From: Candidatus Micrarchaeota archaeon
Lineage (GTDB): Archaea; Micrarchaeota; Micrarchaeia; Anstonellales; Bilamarchaeaceae
DNA: 64,000 bases
Direction of reading: 5' to 3'
Assembly (NCBI GenBank): GCA_040754495.1
Contig: JBFMCO010000022.1
Span: forward strand, 24,908-88,907
Below the pieces are notes generated by a model. It had not been told where the DNA came from and did no database searches. It was given only the letters and a program-made list of their open reading frames with translations. Below are positions 62,681 to 64,000 of the stretch, in pieces. Position numbers and translations under genes: made by a program. Position 1 is the first letter of the stretch. Each line of letters opens with the position of its first letter.

Positions 62681-63544
62681 GCGGACGGTCAGCACCCAGT
62701 TGCAGCGCTCGCCCGGGGAGCCGAGGGTGAGGCCGTTCAGGCTCAGCCTGCTGGAGCTCACTATCGTCGTATGGTCGCCGCAGCGGACGCCGCCGCAGGA
62801 GGCCGAGGCGCTCTGGAGGGTCAGCACCCCGCTTTCGCTCACGAGTATGGAGAACCGCACATCGACCTCGGTGGTCTCGTTCACCCCGAGGGCCGAACGC
62901 AGCTCCCTCGCCCTGCCCGAGATGGCGCCGGTTATCCTCCTTATCACGCTCTGCACGGTCGGGGATTGCGCGCTCACGACATCGCGGGATTCGTCCGTGG
63001 CCACCTGCGTGGGGCAGGACCACAGGGATGCCGGCACCGAGATAGGGACCGGTTCCGGCTCGCGCACCCTTCGCGTGCGCCGTGGTGCCGGCTCGACGCA
63101 GTCGCGCGAGCAGTCCGCGCATGTCTCCGTTATGGAGATGGTACCGAACTCGAAGACGCCGCCGTCGCGGCGGACAAGGGCCTCGTATGGCTGGTCATGG
63201 TCTTCCACGCCGTTTCCGCAGTGGAAATCAACGTCGCAGACGAACTTCCTCTGCTCGATGCGGCTGGCCCATGAGGGCTGCTCCCATTCCTGGGCTATGC
63301 CGTCGCCGCAATACCCGCAGCTCTCCGGGTCCCAGTTCGCCGACCTCGGGTCGGCCTCGGCCTTGTCGAGCTCGCAGCGGCCGTCCCCCCTTGCCGGCCG
63401 CGGCTCGCTAAGGGGGGCCTCGGGGCATTCGCGATGATTGGGCTCGGTCTGCGGCTCGCGCGTCCTCCATACGAGAAGCCCCAGGGCTGATGCTGCGAGC
63501 AGGGTGCTGGCTGCGAACTTGAGCTTGTATCCGGGGCGTTCCAT
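62672..63544 (-). CDS. Membrane-anchored Cys-rich protein with TonB-C/AgmX-like C-terminal domain
   Basis: N-terminal TM helix; CGYCGDG and HCGNG...ETCADCSRDC motifs; Pro linker; C-terminal domain paralogous to the next gene. Confidence 0.75.
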   Translation of the reverse strand: MERPGYKLKFAASTLLAASALGLLVWRTREPQTEPNHRECPEAPLSEPRPARGDGRCELDKAEADPRSANWDPESCGYCGDGIAQEWEQPSWASRIEQRKFVCDVDFHCGNGVEDHDQPYEALVRRDGGVFEFGTISITETCADCSRDCVEPAPRRTRRVREPEPVPISVPASLWSCPTQVATDESRDVVSAQSPTVQSVIRRITGAISGRARELRSALGVNETTEVDVRFSILVSESGVLTLQSASASCGGVRCGDHTTIVSSSRLSLNGLTLGSPGERCNWVLTVRVP

Positions 63545-63556
63545 GGGGTTTGCCTC

Positions 63557-64000
63557 TTACTGGGTGCCCTCCCTTCTTATGGTGACCGGGACGTCTGCAT
63601 AGCAGTCCTGCTCCACGCCGGGCACCGTCACGCCCTGCAGGCTGAGCTGGCTTATGCCGATGACGTCGGCCTGCTGCGGGCATGCCTGGCCGCTGCACGA
63701 AGCGGCCGCGCTCCTCACGCTGACAGCGCCTGCAGTGGTCACGCCCACCCTTACGGTTACGAGAACGTCCTGGTCCCCGGCGCCGAGCGCGCTGCGCAGC
63801 TCCCCTGCCTTCCTGTTGAGGCCGCCGCTCGTGCGCATGACCAGAGTCCTGTTGTTGCCGACGTGCGACGGGCATCTCTCCTCCTGCTGCGGGGGCGGCT
63901 GCGGAGGGGGCTCGTCGCACTGGCACGAGGTGTTGCACGTGCCGGCTGTGCCGCACCTCGAATTGGGCGGGTCGCACTGCTCGCCCGGGTCCACCCTGTT
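63557..64000 (-). CDS. Cys-rich protein (5'-truncated), paralog of 62672-63544
   Basis: NRVDPGEQCD motif (myxobacterial Cys-rich repeat style); shared ELRSALG...SAxASCxG...LSLxG segment. Confidence 0.75.
   Translation of the reverse strand, partial: NRVDPGEQCDPPNSRCGTAGTCNTSCQCDEPPPQPPPQQEERCPSHVGNNRTLVMRTSGGLNRKAGELRSALGAGDQDVLVTVRVGVTTAGAVSVRSAAASCSGQACPQQADVIGISQLSLQGVTVPGVEQDCYADVPVTIRREGTQ

Noticed and set aside
1-64000. Transposases, integrases, prophage genes, rRNA
   Set aside because: No such motifs were recognised in any ORF or intergenic region.

Overview
GC-rich archaeal chromosomal window. Archaeal markers include PolD large subunit DP2, split GMP synthase subunit B, DUF359 dephospho-CoA kinase, EndoQ-family protein, AlaX and BHB-spliced tRNAs. 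Several non-canonical tRNA introns and the gene content suggest a DPANN archaeon, probably Micrarchaeota-like (inference). Main points: (1) A 5'-truncated giant ORF (>5,260 aa) has a hydrophobic helical bundle, a GNAT-like domain, three homologous atypical (HipA/PI3K-like) kinase modules, a RIO/ePK-like kinase, an HExxH zincin and a C-terminal ART-like domain. It is followed by a convergent cluster that includes three paralogous small proteins. (2) A set of myxobacteria-style envelope proteins: five DGG/Gly-repeat lipoprotein paralogs, an FGE-sulfatase lipoprotein, two membrane Hanks kinases with PEGA-like domains, Cys-rich repeat proteins with TonB-C/AgmX-like ends, and a putative outer-membrane-type beta-barrel. 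(3) Three tRNA genes that standard scans could miss, with introns at 37/38 plus 59/60 (Met), D-loop plus 37/38 (Ala) and 9/10 (initiator Met). (4) A dispersed 7-nt periodic repeat (GGAAACN/NGTTTCC) occurs between genes, makes up two tRNA introns and is inserted in frame in alaX. (5) A LAGLIDADG intein in the DP2 active site ends in Arg instead of Asn/Gln. No CRISPR array, rRNA or transposase was recognised. All domain calls come from motif reading by eye; no database searches were run.
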